From an uncultured bacterium (GTDB lineage Bacteria; Krumholzibacteriota; Krumholzibacteriia; Krumholzibacteriales; Krumholzibacteriaceae): a stretch of 64,000 nucleotides of DNA. Positions 21,264-31,192 of this stretch are shown in pieces (the stretch's first letter is position 1; the number at the start of each line of letters is the position of its first letter). Where the stretch lies: positions 18,591 to 82,590 of the forward strand of contig CBDUYR010000005.1 in the NCBI GenBank assembly GCA_965371515.1. The letters run 5' to 3'. A model generated the notes under the pieces. That model searched no databases. It had not been told where the DNA came from and saw only the letters and a list, made by a program, of their open reading frames with translations. The translations under genes were made by a program, and so were the position numbers.

Positions 21264-22634
21264 TCAGAGAATATGGATCGCTTTGCCCTCGATCGCCTCG
21301 GCCGCTTCGGCAAGAGCCTCGGAGAGAGTCGGATGAGGGAATATCGAATCGGCGAAGTCATGGGCAGTGAGCTTCCTGCCCAGCGCCACGATCCCGGCCG
21401 GGAGAAGCTCCGTCGCCTGCGGCCCGATAATGTGGAGGCCGAGAAGCCTGCCGTCTTCCTTCGAGGCGACCCACTTGACGAATCCCTCCTCTTCGCGCAA
21501 CCCCTTCGCCTTGCCGTTGGCGGCGAAAGGGAACCTTCCCGCTGCGATCTCGATCCCTTTATCCTTCGCTTCCTGCTCGGTCAGCCCGACGCGCGAGACC
21601 TCGGGAAGGGTGTATATCGTCGTCGGCACAGCGCTGTAGTCGATCTCTGCACCCTTTCCGAGGGCGTTAGCCGCGGCTACAACTCCTTCCCGCGTCGCCA
21701 CGTGGGCGAGAAGGTATCCTCCTATGACGTCTCCGGCCGCAAAGACTCCGTCGACATTCGTCCTCATCCCTCCATCGACGGTGATCCCCGCCTTCGACAC
21801 CTCGACTCCCGCCTCCTCGAGGCCGATGCCGGCGGTATTGGGCCTCCTGCCGACCGATACGAGCGCGATCTCGGCATTGATCTCTTCTCCGCTCTCGAGC
21901 AGCGCCTTCACCCCGCCGCCGGTTTTCTCGAGCGACGATACTTTCGCCCCGAGATGCAGCGTGATGCCTTTCTTCTTCAGGTAGGTCTGGAGGAATCTCG
22001 TTATGTGAATGTCCTCCGTTGCGATTATCGAGGGGAGCATTTCGACGATCGTCACATTCGTGCCGAAGGCGTTGAAAACGGAAGCGAACTCGCAGCCGAT
22101 CACACCGCCGCCAACTACGATCATGCTCTCCGGAATCCTCCCGATATCGAGAAGATCGGTCGAACTGAGCACTGTCCTGCCGTCGAACTCCATTCCCGGC
22201 AGCTCGATCTCCGACGAACCGGTGGCGACTATCACAGACCGGCCGCTGACCTTGCCGTGACCCTCGACCTCGACCTCGCCGGGTGAGACGAGACGGCCGC
22301 GGCCTTCCACGATGTCGATCCTGCTCCCCTTGAGGATCTTCCTTACGCCGCCGACGAGGCTGTCGACCACGTTGTTCTTGTGCGCCATGAGAGCGGCAAC
22401 ATCGACCGATATTCTGCCCGAGACACCCGATCCCTTCCCCGTTGCGGCGAGCTCGATGAGGTGCGCAAGCCCGTGAAGGGTCTTCGTCGGAATGCAGCCC
22501 CTGTTGAGGCATACGCCGCCGAGCCTGTCCTCCTCGACGAGACAGACGCTCGCACCGAGCTGCGCGGCCCTTATCGCGGCAGGATAACCTGCGGGGCCTC
22601 CCCCCAGCACGACAATATCGTAACCGGATGACAA
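21264..22634 (-). CDS. lpdA: Dihydrolipoamide dehydrogenase
   Basis: GGGPAGY, GGVCLNRGCIPTK, GGGVIG.E, HPTLSE; TTG start after GGAGG. Confidence 0.93.
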   Translation of the reverse strand: MSSGYDIVVLGGGPAGYPAAIRAAQLGASVCLVEEDRLGGVCLNRGCIPTKTLHGLAHLIELAATGKGSGVSGRISVDVAALMAHKNNVVDSLVGGVRKILKGSRIDIVEGRGRLVSPGEVEVEGHGKVSGRSVIVATGSSEIELPGMEFDGRTVLSSTDLLDIGRIPESMIVVGGGVIGCEFASVFNAFGTNVTIVEMLPSIIATEDIHITRFLQTYLKKKGITLHLGAKVSSLEKTGGGVKALLESGEEINAEIALVSVGRRPNTAGIGLEEAGVEVSKAGITVDGGMRTNVDGVFAAGDVIGGYLLAHVATREGVVAAANALGKGAEIDYSAVPTTIYTLPEVSRVGLTEQEAKDKGIEIAAGRFPFAANGKAKGLREEEGFVKWVASKEDGRLLGLHIIGPQATELLPAGIVALGRKLTAHDFADSIFPHPTLSEALAEAAEAIEGKAIHIL

Positions 22635-22648
22635 GATCGGGCCTCCTT

Positions 22649-23419
22649 CTATTTTCCCTCTGCCTTGTTCTTGAGAAGCTGGGCCTGCGTCCTCGTCAGC
22701 TTTATTTCCGTCGAGGAGCTGTCTTCCAGCGTCATGACGTAGTTGCCGCCCGACCACGGGACTATCTTGCCTATCTTTCCGACGTTGACGATACCGTCGG
22801 AGCCGAGCCGCAGGAAAACCGCCGGGTCCAGCTGGGCCTCGAGCTCGTCCAGGTCGGCGTAGTTCGTGACGAAATCACCGTCATCCGTGTGGGCGACCAC
22901 CTCGCGGCCGCGCTTCTCGAGCATCGCGACCCTTCCGGTGTCGACCAGGTCCATCCCGCCTTCTTTCTTCACTACGATCTTGGGCAGGAATTTCCGGCCG
23001 ACATGAATACTCTCGACCAGTTTCTTCAATTTCTCGACGAACTCGCCGCGAGAGGGCATGATCGCCCTCGCCCTCTCGATCGCCCCTTCGAGACGGTCCT
23101 TCTCGATCGGCTTGAGCAGATAATCGACTGCGTTTATCTCGAAAGCCCTGATTGCGTACTGGTCGTACGCCGTTGTGAACACCACGAGCGGAACATCGCC
23201 CGAGTCCACGAGCCTTCTCACTACGCCGAACCCGTCGAGAACGGGCATCTGGATGTCGAGAAAAATTACATCCGGAGAAAGCTCAGACACCATCGTGACC
23301 GCTTCCTCCCCGCCGGCCGCCTCGCCCACCACATCGATGTCGCCGACCTGCTCGAGCAGGTATCTCATCTCGTCGCGCGCGAGCTTCTCGTCATCCACGA
23401 TCAGTACACGTACCGGCAA
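22649..23419 (-). CDS. LytTR-family response regulator
   Basis: IVDDE, FLDIQMP, FTTAYDQYA..AF..NAVDYLLKP, plus C-terminal LytTR domain. Confidence 0.92.
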   Translation of the reverse strand: MPVRVLIVDDEKLARDEMRYLLEQVGDIDVVGEAAGGEEAVTMVSELSPDVIFLDIQMPVLDGFGVVRRLVDSGDVPLVVFTTAYDQYAIRAFEINAVDYLLKPIEKDRLEGAIERARAIMPSRGEFVEKLKKLVESIHVGRKFLPKIVVKKEGGMDLVDTGRVAMLEKRGREVVAHTDDGDFVTNYADLDELEAQLDPAVFLRLGSDGIVNVGKIGKIVPWSGGNYVMTLEDSSSTEIKLTRTQAQLLKNKAEGK

Positions 23420-24731
23420 CTTCCTTCCCCCTTCCGGCGGACCGGGGAATAAAGAGCCTGACGATCGCGCCCCCTCCGGGACGCGAGTCTATCTCCATTC
23501 TTCCCTCCCCGCAGGTGTATATATCGAGTCTCTCGGCAACGTTCTTCAGGCCCACTCCCCTGGAGAAAAGCAAGCCTATATCGAGCGGGCCCGTCTCGGG
23601 GCCGTCGTTTTCGACCGTTATCTCAGTGCCGCCCTTGACCGGGGCGGAACTGATACTGATCCTGCCGCCTTCGGTCCTGCAGGCTATGCCGTGCTTGACG
23701 GCGTTCTCCACGAGCGGCTGGAGGAGCAGCGAAGGCACCTGGATTCCGAGGGTCCTCTCATCAAGCTTCTTGACGACCTCGAACCTTTCGTCTCCGAACC
23801 GTACCCTCTCGATCGAGAGGTAATCGTCGAGGAAATCGATCTCGTTCGTGAGCGAATGTGTGTCCCCCGTTTCATCGAGCGATTTCCTGAATATCGACGA
23901 CAGCCGCCTCGTCATCTCCCTCGCTCGCTCCGCGTCGACCCTGATCAGCGATGTTATCGAATTGAGCGTATTGAAGAGAAAATGGGGATTTATCTGGCTT
24001 CTCAGCGTGGTCAGCCTCGCGTGAACGAGCTGCTTCTCTTCCTCCCGGTGTATCAGCTCATCGCGGGCGTTTACGGCGAGCTTCAGCGCCATCCCCACCG
24101 TGTAGACAAGCACTGCAAGGTCGATAGTGATGAAGAGCCAGTCCCTTACGGGATATCCGTATATCAGCCCCGTCGTCTCGTACCTCCCGAGGAGCTCGTA
24201 TCGCATGAGAGCGAAACCGATGCACAGCACCACGGGGATGAAGTCCCTGTCGAGAGCGCCCCGGAAGAGGCGATCGAGAAAGTTGTAGATGGTAAGGAAG
24301 GGGTTGAGGGAGAAGTTCCACACCTCGCCTCCCCTTCCGAGCCTGGAGTAGATGAACCCCGAGACGAGGCCTGCGACCGTGTAGAACGGCAGGGAGACCG
24401 TTTCCCCGATCATGAAGCAGGTCAGCCCGATGACAAATCCAGTCCCTGCGCCGACCCACGTCCCGCCGATCAGTCCGGCTACGATCACGCCCTCGAGCGA
24501 TAGGTCCATCGCGGCCTGCGCCGACATCTTCCTGATCAGCACGCCCACCGAGAATATCACGGCGAGCAGTACTGTCAGCTTGACCTTTTCTCGCGTGGGG
24601 ACAGAGACCTTCACGAGTATGTCGCCGGTGAAGCGGAATCCGAGCACGAGGCTCGTTATCCCCGCCATCACGGCGAGCCTGAGCAGAATGTTTATCAGCG
24701 CAAGCTGATCCTGGGTGAAAGCGAGCGGCAT
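23391..24731 (-). CDS. LytS/YehU-type membrane sensor histidine kinase
   Basis: Multi-TM N-terminus; LRSQINPHFLFNTLN, LQPLVENAVKHG, GVGLKNV. Confidence 0.92.
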   Translation of the reverse strand: MPLAFTQDQLALINILLRLAVMAGITSLVLGFRFTGDILVKVSVPTREKVKLTVLLAVIFSVGVLIRKMSAQAAMDLSLEGVIVAGLIGGTWVGAGTGFVIGLTCFMIGETVSLPFYTVAGLVSGFIYSRLGRGGEVWNFSLNPFLTIYNFLDRLFRGALDRDFIPVVLCIGFALMRYELLGRYETTGLIYGYPVRDWLFITIDLAVLVYTVGMALKLAVNARDELIHREEEKQLVHARLTTLRSQINPHFLFNTLNSITSLIRVDAERAREMTRRLSSIFRKSLDETGDTHSLTNEIDFLDDYLSIERVRFGDERFEVVKKLDERTLGIQVPSLLLQPLVENAVKHGIACRTEGGRISISSAPVKGGTEITVENDGPETGPLDIGLLFSRGVGLKNVAERLDIYTCGEGRMEIDSRPGGGAIVRLFIPRSAGRGKEVAGTCTDRG

Positions 24732-24770
24732 CCTGGTCTCCCTGTTCCGGCGAAATCGGTGCTGAACCCG

Positions 24771-25373
24771 TTACATGCGCCGGCGGTACATCCCGAGTAT
24801 GAATTCCTCGTACTGTTTCTGAGTGTGAAGGCCCTCCCACTTGTAGAACAGCTCGTCTTCTCTCGTAACGACGTGAGTGGTCGGCAACCTGCCGGCCCTG
24901 CCGAAGAGGCCCGGATCGCCGCCCGGCAGAAGCACTTCGAACCGGGCGTCGTTGGCATTGACAAACGATCTCGCCACGGAAACGCCCCCCTTGTCAGTGA
25001 CTATCCCGAGGACCGTCACATTCACATGAAATTTTCGCTGGATCTCGTTCATGATCGGTACGAGCTTCTTCGAGTCGACGTTCCACGTCTCGATGTAATT
25101 GACCAGCAGTATCTTCCTGCCGTAATCGGATATCTTCTTTTCCTCGCCGTAGAGGGTCACGAATGTGACATCCGATACCGACCGTGAGCCGGCGGTCTCC
25201 GCCGCGGCGGGCGCCTTCCCGGCATCGGAGTCGTCGGCCGGCGATTTCGCGCCGTCTCCATCCCCCGAGCAGGATACGAGCAGGAATACGACAGCCGCAG
25301 CCGTCAGAGAGACAGCAAGCACCTTGAAGACCCGGGCTTTCCTTTTCAGGACAGGACCGTACAGCATCATCAT
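24771..25373 (-). CDS. TlpA/thioredoxin-fold lipoprotein lacking CxxC
   Basis: Lipobox LVSC; LLVNYIETW-NVDS-KKLVP where WCxxC is expected; LPTT cis-Pro motif retained. Confidence 0.7.
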   Translation of the reverse strand: MMMLYGPVLKRKARVFKVLAVSLTAAAVVFLLVSCSGDGDGAKSPADDSDAGKAPAAAETAGSRSVSDVTFVTLYGEEKKISDYGRKILLVNYIETWNVDSKKLVPIMNEIQRKFHVNVTVLGIVTDKGGVSVARSFVNANDARFEVLLPGGDPGLFGRAGRLPTTHVVTREDELFYKWEGLHTQKQYEEFILGMYRRRM

Positions 25374-26521
25374 CGCTCCTTGATCAGCAGTCCTGCGATC
25401 GTGTTCTTCTGGATCTCCTTCGTACCCTCGTAGATCTCTGCTATCTTCGCGTCCCGGTAGTAACGCTCGACCTCGTACTCGGTCATATAGCCGTATCCGC
25501 CGAGAATCTGGATCGCCTCGTCGGCCACCTGGACAGCGGTCCTGGCAGCTATGTACTTTGCCATCGATGTCAGCTTGGGATCGATCCGCCCCTGGTCGAA
25601 GTTCCACGCAGCCTTGTATGTGAGCAGTCTCGCGTACTCGATAGCTGTGGCCATGTCGGCGAGTTTGTGCTGTGTGACCTGGAACTTTGCCAGCGGCCTG
25701 CCGAACTGCTCGCGCTCCAGCGAATAGTCGATAGCCCTTTCGAACGCTCCCTGGGCGATGCCGAGCGCCGTCGCGGCGATCTCGACACGACTCTCGTCGA
25801 AGAACTCGAGGACCTGGTAGAAGCCCTTGCCGTCTTTGCCGATGATGTTGCCCGCCGGTACACGGACGTTGTCGAATATCACTTCAGCCGTCGAGGTCAT
25901 CTTGATTCCCATCTTCGCGCCGACGTCCTCTGTCGAGAGTCCCTCGGCACCCTTTTCGACGAGAATCGTCGCCATCCCCCTGTACGAAGGCTCGGCCTTG
26001 TCGTCGGTCTGGCAGAGCACGATGTAGAAGTCGGCGATCTGTCCGTTTGTGATGAACATCTTGTTGCCGTTTATCACCCACGAGTCGCCGTCCATGACCG
26101 CCCTCGTGTCCATCCTCGTGATATCGCTGCCGTGGTTCGCCTCGGTGAAGGCGCCTGCCGAGATCATCTTTCCCTGGGCAACGGCGGTGAGATACTTCTG
26201 CTTCTGCTCGTCCGTGCCACACCGCATGATGATCTCGGAGGCGAAATCGGAGAGGGCCAGAGCCGTTCCAAGGCCGGAATCGCGCCTGCAGAACTCCTCG
26301 ACGACGAGGACGTTCTCGATCAGGCCGAGGCCCGATCCCCCTGCGTCGACGGGAAAATGCAGCCCGATGAAGCCCAGCTCGCTGGCCTTCTGCCAGAGTT
26401 CCTTCGGGAAAGAGTGCTCTTCCTCGTGCTTGAGAGCCAACTCCCTTGTGAATTCACCTTTTGCAAAGCTGCTTGCCGCTTCCTGAATTTCCTTCTGTTC
26501 GGTACTCAGCTCGAAATCCAT
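25370..26521 (-). CDS. Acyl-CoA dehydrogenase
   Basis: FTEANHGSD, INGNKMFITNG, REQFG, QILGGYGY..EY, RDAKIAEIYEGT. Confidence 0.95.
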   Translation of the reverse strand: MDFELSTEQKEIQEAASSFAKGEFTRELALKHEEEHSFPKELWQKASELGFIGLHFPVDAGGSGLGLIENVLVVEEFCRRDSGLGTALALSDFASEIIMRCGTDEQKQKYLTAVAQGKMISAGAFTEANHGSDITRMDTRAVMDGDSWVINGNKMFITNGQIADFYIVLCQTDDKAEPSYRGMATILVEKGAEGLSTEDVGAKMGIKMTSTAEVIFDNVRVPAGNIIGKDGKGFYQVLEFFDESRVEIAATALGIAQGAFERAIDYSLEREQFGRPLAKFQVTQHKLADMATAIEYARLLTYKAAWNFDQGRIDPKLTSMAKYIAARTAVQVADEAIQILGGYGYMTEYEVERYYRDAKIAEIYEGTKEIQKNTIAGLLIKER

Positions 26522-26663
26522 CTCATCCTCCCCTAAGCCAGATCGAACGACTTGAAAAATAACCTGATATGGTATCTTAACCCATGAAATTACTATAAGT
26601 TCCGCAAGCCTAACAGATGCTAACGCCCAAAATCAACACATAGTTAAAGCCCCCGCAAGGGTC

Positions 26664-26678
26664 TGGAACAGTTTTTGC
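26664..26678 (+). promoter_or_regulatory. Candidate sigma54 promoter
   Basis: TGGAACAGTTTTTGC (GG-N10-GC) 25 nt before ATG 26704. Confidence 0.6.
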
Positions 26679-26703
26679 GGATATTCCCCCCGGAGTGTGA
26701 TAA

Positions 26704-28008
26704 ATGAAGGTTATTGTTGTAATTTCGGTCGTTTTTCTGGCGGCGGGCATGCTCGCCCCCTGTCTTAATGCCCAATCCTCATCCAGGATCGAGGCGGAGC
26801 GTCTCTTCGTCGAGGCGCAGAAATCTCTCGCCCGGGGCGACAACGTAAAGGCCGAATCGTACCTGATGAAATCTCTGAAGTCCGACGACTCTTTCACATC
26901 GGCGATCTGGCAGCTCTCACAGATCTACGAGAAACGGGGCCGGCTCGAGTATGCACGCGAGCTGCTGCTGAGGGGGCTCCAGCAGGAACCCGACGCGACC
27001 TGGGCCCGCGACAAGCTGGCCCGGATGGAGAAGGCTCTCACAGGCAAGCTGCTGACCGAGGCTGAGCGCCTCATGGGCAGGGGTCAGTACGAACAGGCGA
27101 TCCCCAAGTTGTCGCTCTACCTCGGCATAAAACCGTACGACCCCGTTCCGCTCGTTCAGATGGCGAGGTGCCACCTCGCCATGGACAACCTCGATTCGGC
27201 GAAGGAATATCTCATACAGGCCACCGAGCGTGACCCCTCGAACACCGAGGTCATGTCACTGCTCGACGAGGTCGAGAGGCGTTCCGACAAGGCCGCTGTC
27301 GAGGCCGCCCTGAGGCGGGCCCGCGCTGTCCTCGCCTCCTACACTCCCGAGACGAAAGGACAGGCCGAGAAAGCGCTGAGCAACGTACTGGCGCTTGATC
27401 CGGAGAACACCTGGGCGCGGGAGAAACTTAGGGAGATCGCGCTTCTCGAGGAGGAGCAGCAGAAGATTCCTCCAGCCAAAGAGGCCGTGGCAAAGGGAGT
27501 CGCCAGGGGTGTCGAGGCGATAAAGACGCTCGAGGAGCCTACATCGCGTGTCATCTCCGTCCTGAGATCGAATGTGCTGATCGTCATTCTCGTCATGATC
27601 GCTGTCCTTCTCGGGCTTAATCTCAGACGCAGGAAGAAGTCCCGCAGCTATCCGCTGCAGGGGAGCCTGTCGCTGATACCCATCCTCGACGTAGTCTCCC
27701 TGCTCAACAGCAACCTCAAGTCGGGAAGGTTGATGCTCGTCTCGCAGTCCGGTCGTAGCGAGGTATTCTTCGAGAAGGGTGAGATCATCCATGCGCGGAT
27801 AAAGAGCTGGGACGGAAAAACGGCGTTCCACAAGATAATGACGCTGCGAAGCGGCCGCTACGTTTTCAACAACCACCTGCCCAGCGTCCGTCACACGATC
27901 ACCGAGCCACTCAGCCTCCTGCTGCTTTCGATGAAGTCCCAGAAACAGGAGCAGAAGAAGGCTCCCGGAAAGAGACCCGCCAGGCAGAAGGAAGAGATTT
28001 TCAACTGA
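26704..28008 (+). CDS. Exported TPR protein with a TM helix and cytoplasmic DUF4388-like domain
   Basis: Signal peptide, several TPRs, TM (VLIVILVMIAVLLGL), then LQGSLSLIPILDVVSLL..NLKSGRL...FFEKGEIIHA. Confidence 0.8.
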   Translation: MKVIVVISVVFLAAGMLAPCLNAQSSSRIEAERLFVEAQKSLARGDNVKAESYLMKSLKSDDSFTSAIWQLSQIYEKRGRLEYARELLLRGLQQEPDATWARDKLARMEKALTGKLLTEAERLMGRGQYEQAIPKLSLYLGIKPYDPVPLVQMARCHLAMDNLDSAKEYLIQATERDPSNTEVMSLLDEVERRSDKAAVEAALRRARAVLASYTPETKGQAEKALSNVLALDPENTWAREKLREIALLEEEQQKIPPAKEAVAKGVARGVEAIKTLEEPTSRVISVLRSNVLIVILVMIAVLLGLNLRRRKKSRSYPLQGSLSLIPILDVVSLLNSNLKSGRLMLVSQSGRSEVFFEKGEIIHARIKSWDGKTAFHKIMTLRSGRYVFNNHLPSVRHTITEPLSLLLLSMKSQKQEQKKAPGKRPARQKEEIFN

Positions 28009-29478
28009 TCAGATGTCGAGTATCTCGGACTCGGGAATGCATGCACCCGCTACACGGCTGTAGCGCGTCTCCCATCTCAGCGACGGGATCATCTGCTCTC
28101 CACTCCTGCGACAAGCCTCGTGGAACTTCTCGTGCACATTTTTCATCATGTCCTCGATATCTTCGGGACACTTGCCTACGATGAAGTGGACCCACGACGA
28201 ACCGCCCTCTCCCTTCGAGACTACGTGTTCGTTCGACAGGACCGAGCACATCACGCTCTCCAGCGTGCCGACCATCCTGGAGGCATTGTCGGAGGCTCCG
28301 ACCATCCGCATATCGATAAGGCAGAACTCGCTGCCGGTGAGATCGGCTCTCTCTATCATCATGTGAAGCGGGCTTACGAGGTCCTTCTCGCGCTCGAATG
28401 TCGGTTCGAGCGGCAGCCTGATGCTGATCGTGTTCCCCGAACTGATGTCGAGCTCGGCGTCGAGGGCATCGGCCAGTCTGCTTAGAACCAGTCCCCTGTG
28501 GGCCTCGTGGAACGAGAGATAGTCCTTCAGGCCTTCCCTGATCGACCTGAGCCAGCCGCTCGACCTCGGCCTGAGATAGATCTTCAGGCTCCTTTCAACC
28601 CCGCCGTGGTAACAGATCTCTTCCTTTATCGAAGAGCTGCACTCGATGAACGGCGCCTCGCCCAGCCAGGTGTTGTACGCCTCGATCGCGGTCACGACGA
28701 AGTCCTTGAGGCTTCCCCTGCCGGTGAATACTGTCATCTCCGGCATACCGATCTTGTAGCCGCGAAGCTTGTTGTCGCGCTGAAGCTTCTCGAAGACAGG
28801 CTTCAAATCGTGTCTGGCCCTTGTCAATGTCCGGCAGACCTTCATCTCCTCTGACTCGATCATGAATATCTTCTGTAGTTCGTCGAGGTTCGCTATAAGT
28901 TTCTCGACGTTTCTCCACCCGATATCGAGGAGCTTCTCCTTTTCCTCACCGACGAGAGGCTGCTCGCTGAGAATCTTGACGGCGTTTCTTATCGCCGTGA
29001 GTGGAGTCCTCATCCTGTGGGAAAGAGAGGTGGCGAAGCGGGACCTCAACTCGTCGAACTTCTTCCAGCGTGAGAAATCGTGGATCAGTACGTAGAAGGC
29101 CGCGGGTTCACCGGGGATCCCGATCGACCTGACTTCGAGTCCGAGGAGTTTGCGCGTCTCCTGGTCGGACAACGTCACATCGACGTAAGTGATGGCCGAT
29201 CCGGCCGACGTGCACTTCTCGAAGAGACTGTCGGAACAGCTTCTCTCGATGATGCCGGCGATCTCCGCGTCGGTCGCAGCGGAGAGTATGCCGCGGGCGC
29301 ACCTGTTTGCGAAGATCGGCGTCCGTGTGTGGTCGAGTATGACTACACCCTGCTCGACCGGCTCGAGAAGGCTCTCGAGAAGGGAAGAGGCCGGAGAGCC
29401 GCCGCTGCTCACGCTGTCGCATGAGGCGGATGCCCTTGTCTCCATTTCAGGTATCGTTTCGACATGATGCGTTGCCAT
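28009..29478 (-). CDS. PAS plus HisKA protein with degenerate ATPase domain and a possible degenerate GGDEF-like C-terminus
   Basis: PAS-like (EQGVVILD...FAN..A), H-box SLSHRMRTPLTAI; no recognisable N/G1/F/G2 boxes. Confidence 0.7.
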   Translation of the reverse strand: MATHHVETIPEMETRASASCDSVSSGGSPASSLLESLLEPVEQGVVILDHTRTPIFANRCARGILSAATDAEIAGIIERSCSDSLFEKCTSAGSAITYVDVTLSDQETRKLLGLEVRSIGIPGEPAAFYVLIHDFSRWKKFDELRSRFATSLSHRMRTPLTAIRNAVKILSEQPLVGEEKEKLLDIGWRNVEKLIANLDELQKIFMIESEEMKVCRTLTRARHDLKPVFEKLQRDNKLRGYKIGMPEMTVFTGRGSLKDFVVTAIEAYNTWLGEAPFIECSSSIKEEICYHGGVERSLKIYLRPRSSGWLRSIREGLKDYLSFHEAHRGLVLSRLADALDAELDISSGNTISIRLPLEPTFEREKDLVSPLHMMIERADLTGSEFCLIDMRMVGASDNASRMVGTLESVMCSVLSNEHVVSKGEGGSSWVHFIVGKCPEDIEDMMKNVHEKFHEACRRSGEQMIPSLRWETRYSRVAGACIPESEILDI

Positions 29479-29526
29479 CGGTGCATTCCTCGCAGCCAGA
29501 GTCTGTCTTGACGAACAACAGGCAAC

Positions 29527-29541
29527 GCAAGGTATGTGCCT
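29527..29541 (-). promoter_or_regulatory. Candidate sigma54 promoter
   Basis: AGGCACATACCTTGC (GGCAC-N5-TTGC) ~50 nt upstream of ATG 29478. Confidence 0.65.
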
Positions 29542-29627
29542 CGTATCAGCGGCAACTTTACGGAAAGGCTGCAGACTCTGCTCCACAACGTGGAACTATA
29601 GGAACATCGGTATTTCGCAGAATGCAT

Positions 29628-30461
29628 TCAGGGTGTTGTTTTTACAGGCTGAGCGTCTTCCGGATCGCGTTTTCCCTTCCAGGCACCGGGGAACCTCCAC
29701 GTGATCCCTATCTGGACCATCGAGTTCCAGACACGTTCGAAGCTGTCCCCGGAATCGATGCCGCCTGAAAGACTGACGTCGAAGCCTCCCTTCAACCGCG
29801 TCCCCGCGGCAAGCAGGTAGACCTCCCTGTAATCGCCGTTCCTGAATAGCTGCGCGAAGACGGAGAAATCGATCGTGAGCGAGCGAAAGGGCTTCAGCCC
29901 GAGAAGGACACCGGCCAGAGCGTAGTTCTCGGACCTGTAGAATTCCTCCTCGACCTTCCGTCCGACGAGCGTGTAGGTCGCGGAGCAGCGGAAATCGAAC
30001 ATCTCCGAAAATCTCCTGAACTCTAGCCCGGCGCCTCCATCAAGGCTTTCTCCCGCATACGGCCAGAGGCTCGCCGATCCCGTCGGGATGCGCATGTCAC
30101 CCCTGAAGAACAGGCCTGAGATCCTGAGGGAATCGCCTACGATCCTCAACTCGGCGCTGAGAAGCAGGTCGGCAAAGCCGTGATTGTACTGCCCGCCGTG
30201 CCGCAGTACGGGATAGAAGATCTGCATCCTGACATGGGTGCGTTCGCCGTTCCGGAATCCTGTTTCGAACGAAAACACGGTGGAGTTCTCGTGCTCCCCC
30301 TTGACAAACGACTGCCCGATGTCGAGGATCACACGGGCAGTATCGATTCGCCCGTAATATGTCGGCAGGTTGAGAAAAGGCCCAGTGGCTCTTGCAGGCT
30401 TCGGGGCAGACAGGATCAATACGATGGCGATAAGACAAAAACTGAAAAACCCAGTCTTCAA
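29628..30461 (-). CDS. Probable outer-membrane beta-barrel protein
   Basis: Signal peptide; GFADL and IPTG motifs as in MetA-pathway/transporter-like barrels; QIGITWRF near the C-terminus. Start uncertain. Confidence 0.6.
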   Translation of the reverse strand: MKTGFFSFCLIAIVLILSAPKPARATGPFLNLPTYYGRIDTARVILDIGQSFVKGEHENSTVFSFETGFRNGERTHVRMQIFYPVLRHGGQYNHGFADLLLSAELRIVGDSLRISGLFFRGDMRIPTGSASLWPYAGESLDGGAGLEFRRFSEMFDFRCSATYTLVGRKVEEEFYRSENYALAGVLLGLKPFRSLTIDFSVFAQLFRNGDYREVYLLAAGTRLKGGFDVSLSGGIDSGDSFERVWNSMVQIGITWRFPGAWKGKRDPEDAQPVKTTP

Positions 30462-30472
30462 GGTCAGGCCTT

Positions 30473-30889
30473 TCAGGTCACTCCCTCGAGAAGACGAATC
30501 TTGCCCTGGTTGACGAAGTTCACGATTATCGTCTTTCTGTGGCCGGGGAGCTCTTCTTTCGCGATTACCTTTCCGTAGTCGTTCCACGACCTGTGATAGA
30601 TCACATCGTCTACCACGTACTCGCCTGACTCTTCGTATTCCTTCGCATGCTCCTTTTCCTCGTCGTCGAGGTCTTCTGGAGCGAGCTCGGACGGCTCGGC
30701 GCTCGCGTTGGCACCTTTCCCCTCATCATCTTCCGTCATGTAGGGAAGGAATCCTTCGCAGCCGGGGCATTTGAGCCATATGACATCGTTGCTCTCGCCC
30801 CCGTCTATGATTTCCATATCGAAATCTTTTTTACATACACTGCAATGCTGGTTGATCAGCCGCTTCTTCGCGACCTTGTCGGTAGCCAA
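30473..30889 (-). CDS. Zinc-ribbon protein with acidic linker and C-terminal Tudor/SH3-like domain
   Basis: CSVC...CPGC; tail Y..DDVIYH.SW..YGKV......IIVNF...GK..L; GGAGG RBS. Confidence 0.7.
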   Translation of the reverse strand: MATDKVAKKRLINQHCSVCKKDFDMEIIDGGESNDVIWLKCPGCEGFLPYMTEDDEGKGANASAEPSELAPEDLDDEEKEHAKEYEESGEYVVDDVIYHRSWNDYGKVIAKEELPGHRKTIIVNFVNQGKIRLLEGVT

Positions 30890-30923
30890 AGCTGTTTACC
30901 TCCACCAAAAAAGATGCTGAGGA

Positions 30924-31106
30924 TCAATCTTCGATTCTGCAGCAATCGTCCGCCTCGCGCGCGGCGAGATATCTCATCCCACAGACCGGACACCTGTGCT
31001 TACCGTCCAGCCTCCCATCCGCTTCGGCCTTGGCGAGTAACCTGTGGAACTTCACGTAGTTCTTGCTCTTCTGGAGTATCGACCCTTCGTGTCCTTCCGG
31101 CTTCAT
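30924..31106 (-). CDS. Small (60 aa) putative zinc-finger protein
   Basis: GGAGGAG RBS; HRCPVCGMRY.....ADDCC. Confidence 0.65.
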   Translation of the reverse strand: MKPEGHEGSILQKSKNYVKFHRLLAKAEADGRLDGKHRCPVCGMRYLAAREADDCCRIED

Positions 31107-31192
31107 TGCTTCTCCTCCCGTCCCTGGACATGAAAGACCCGCACCACACCATGCTGTGGTACCGGAGTCATATTTGTACAATATATGGTGCT

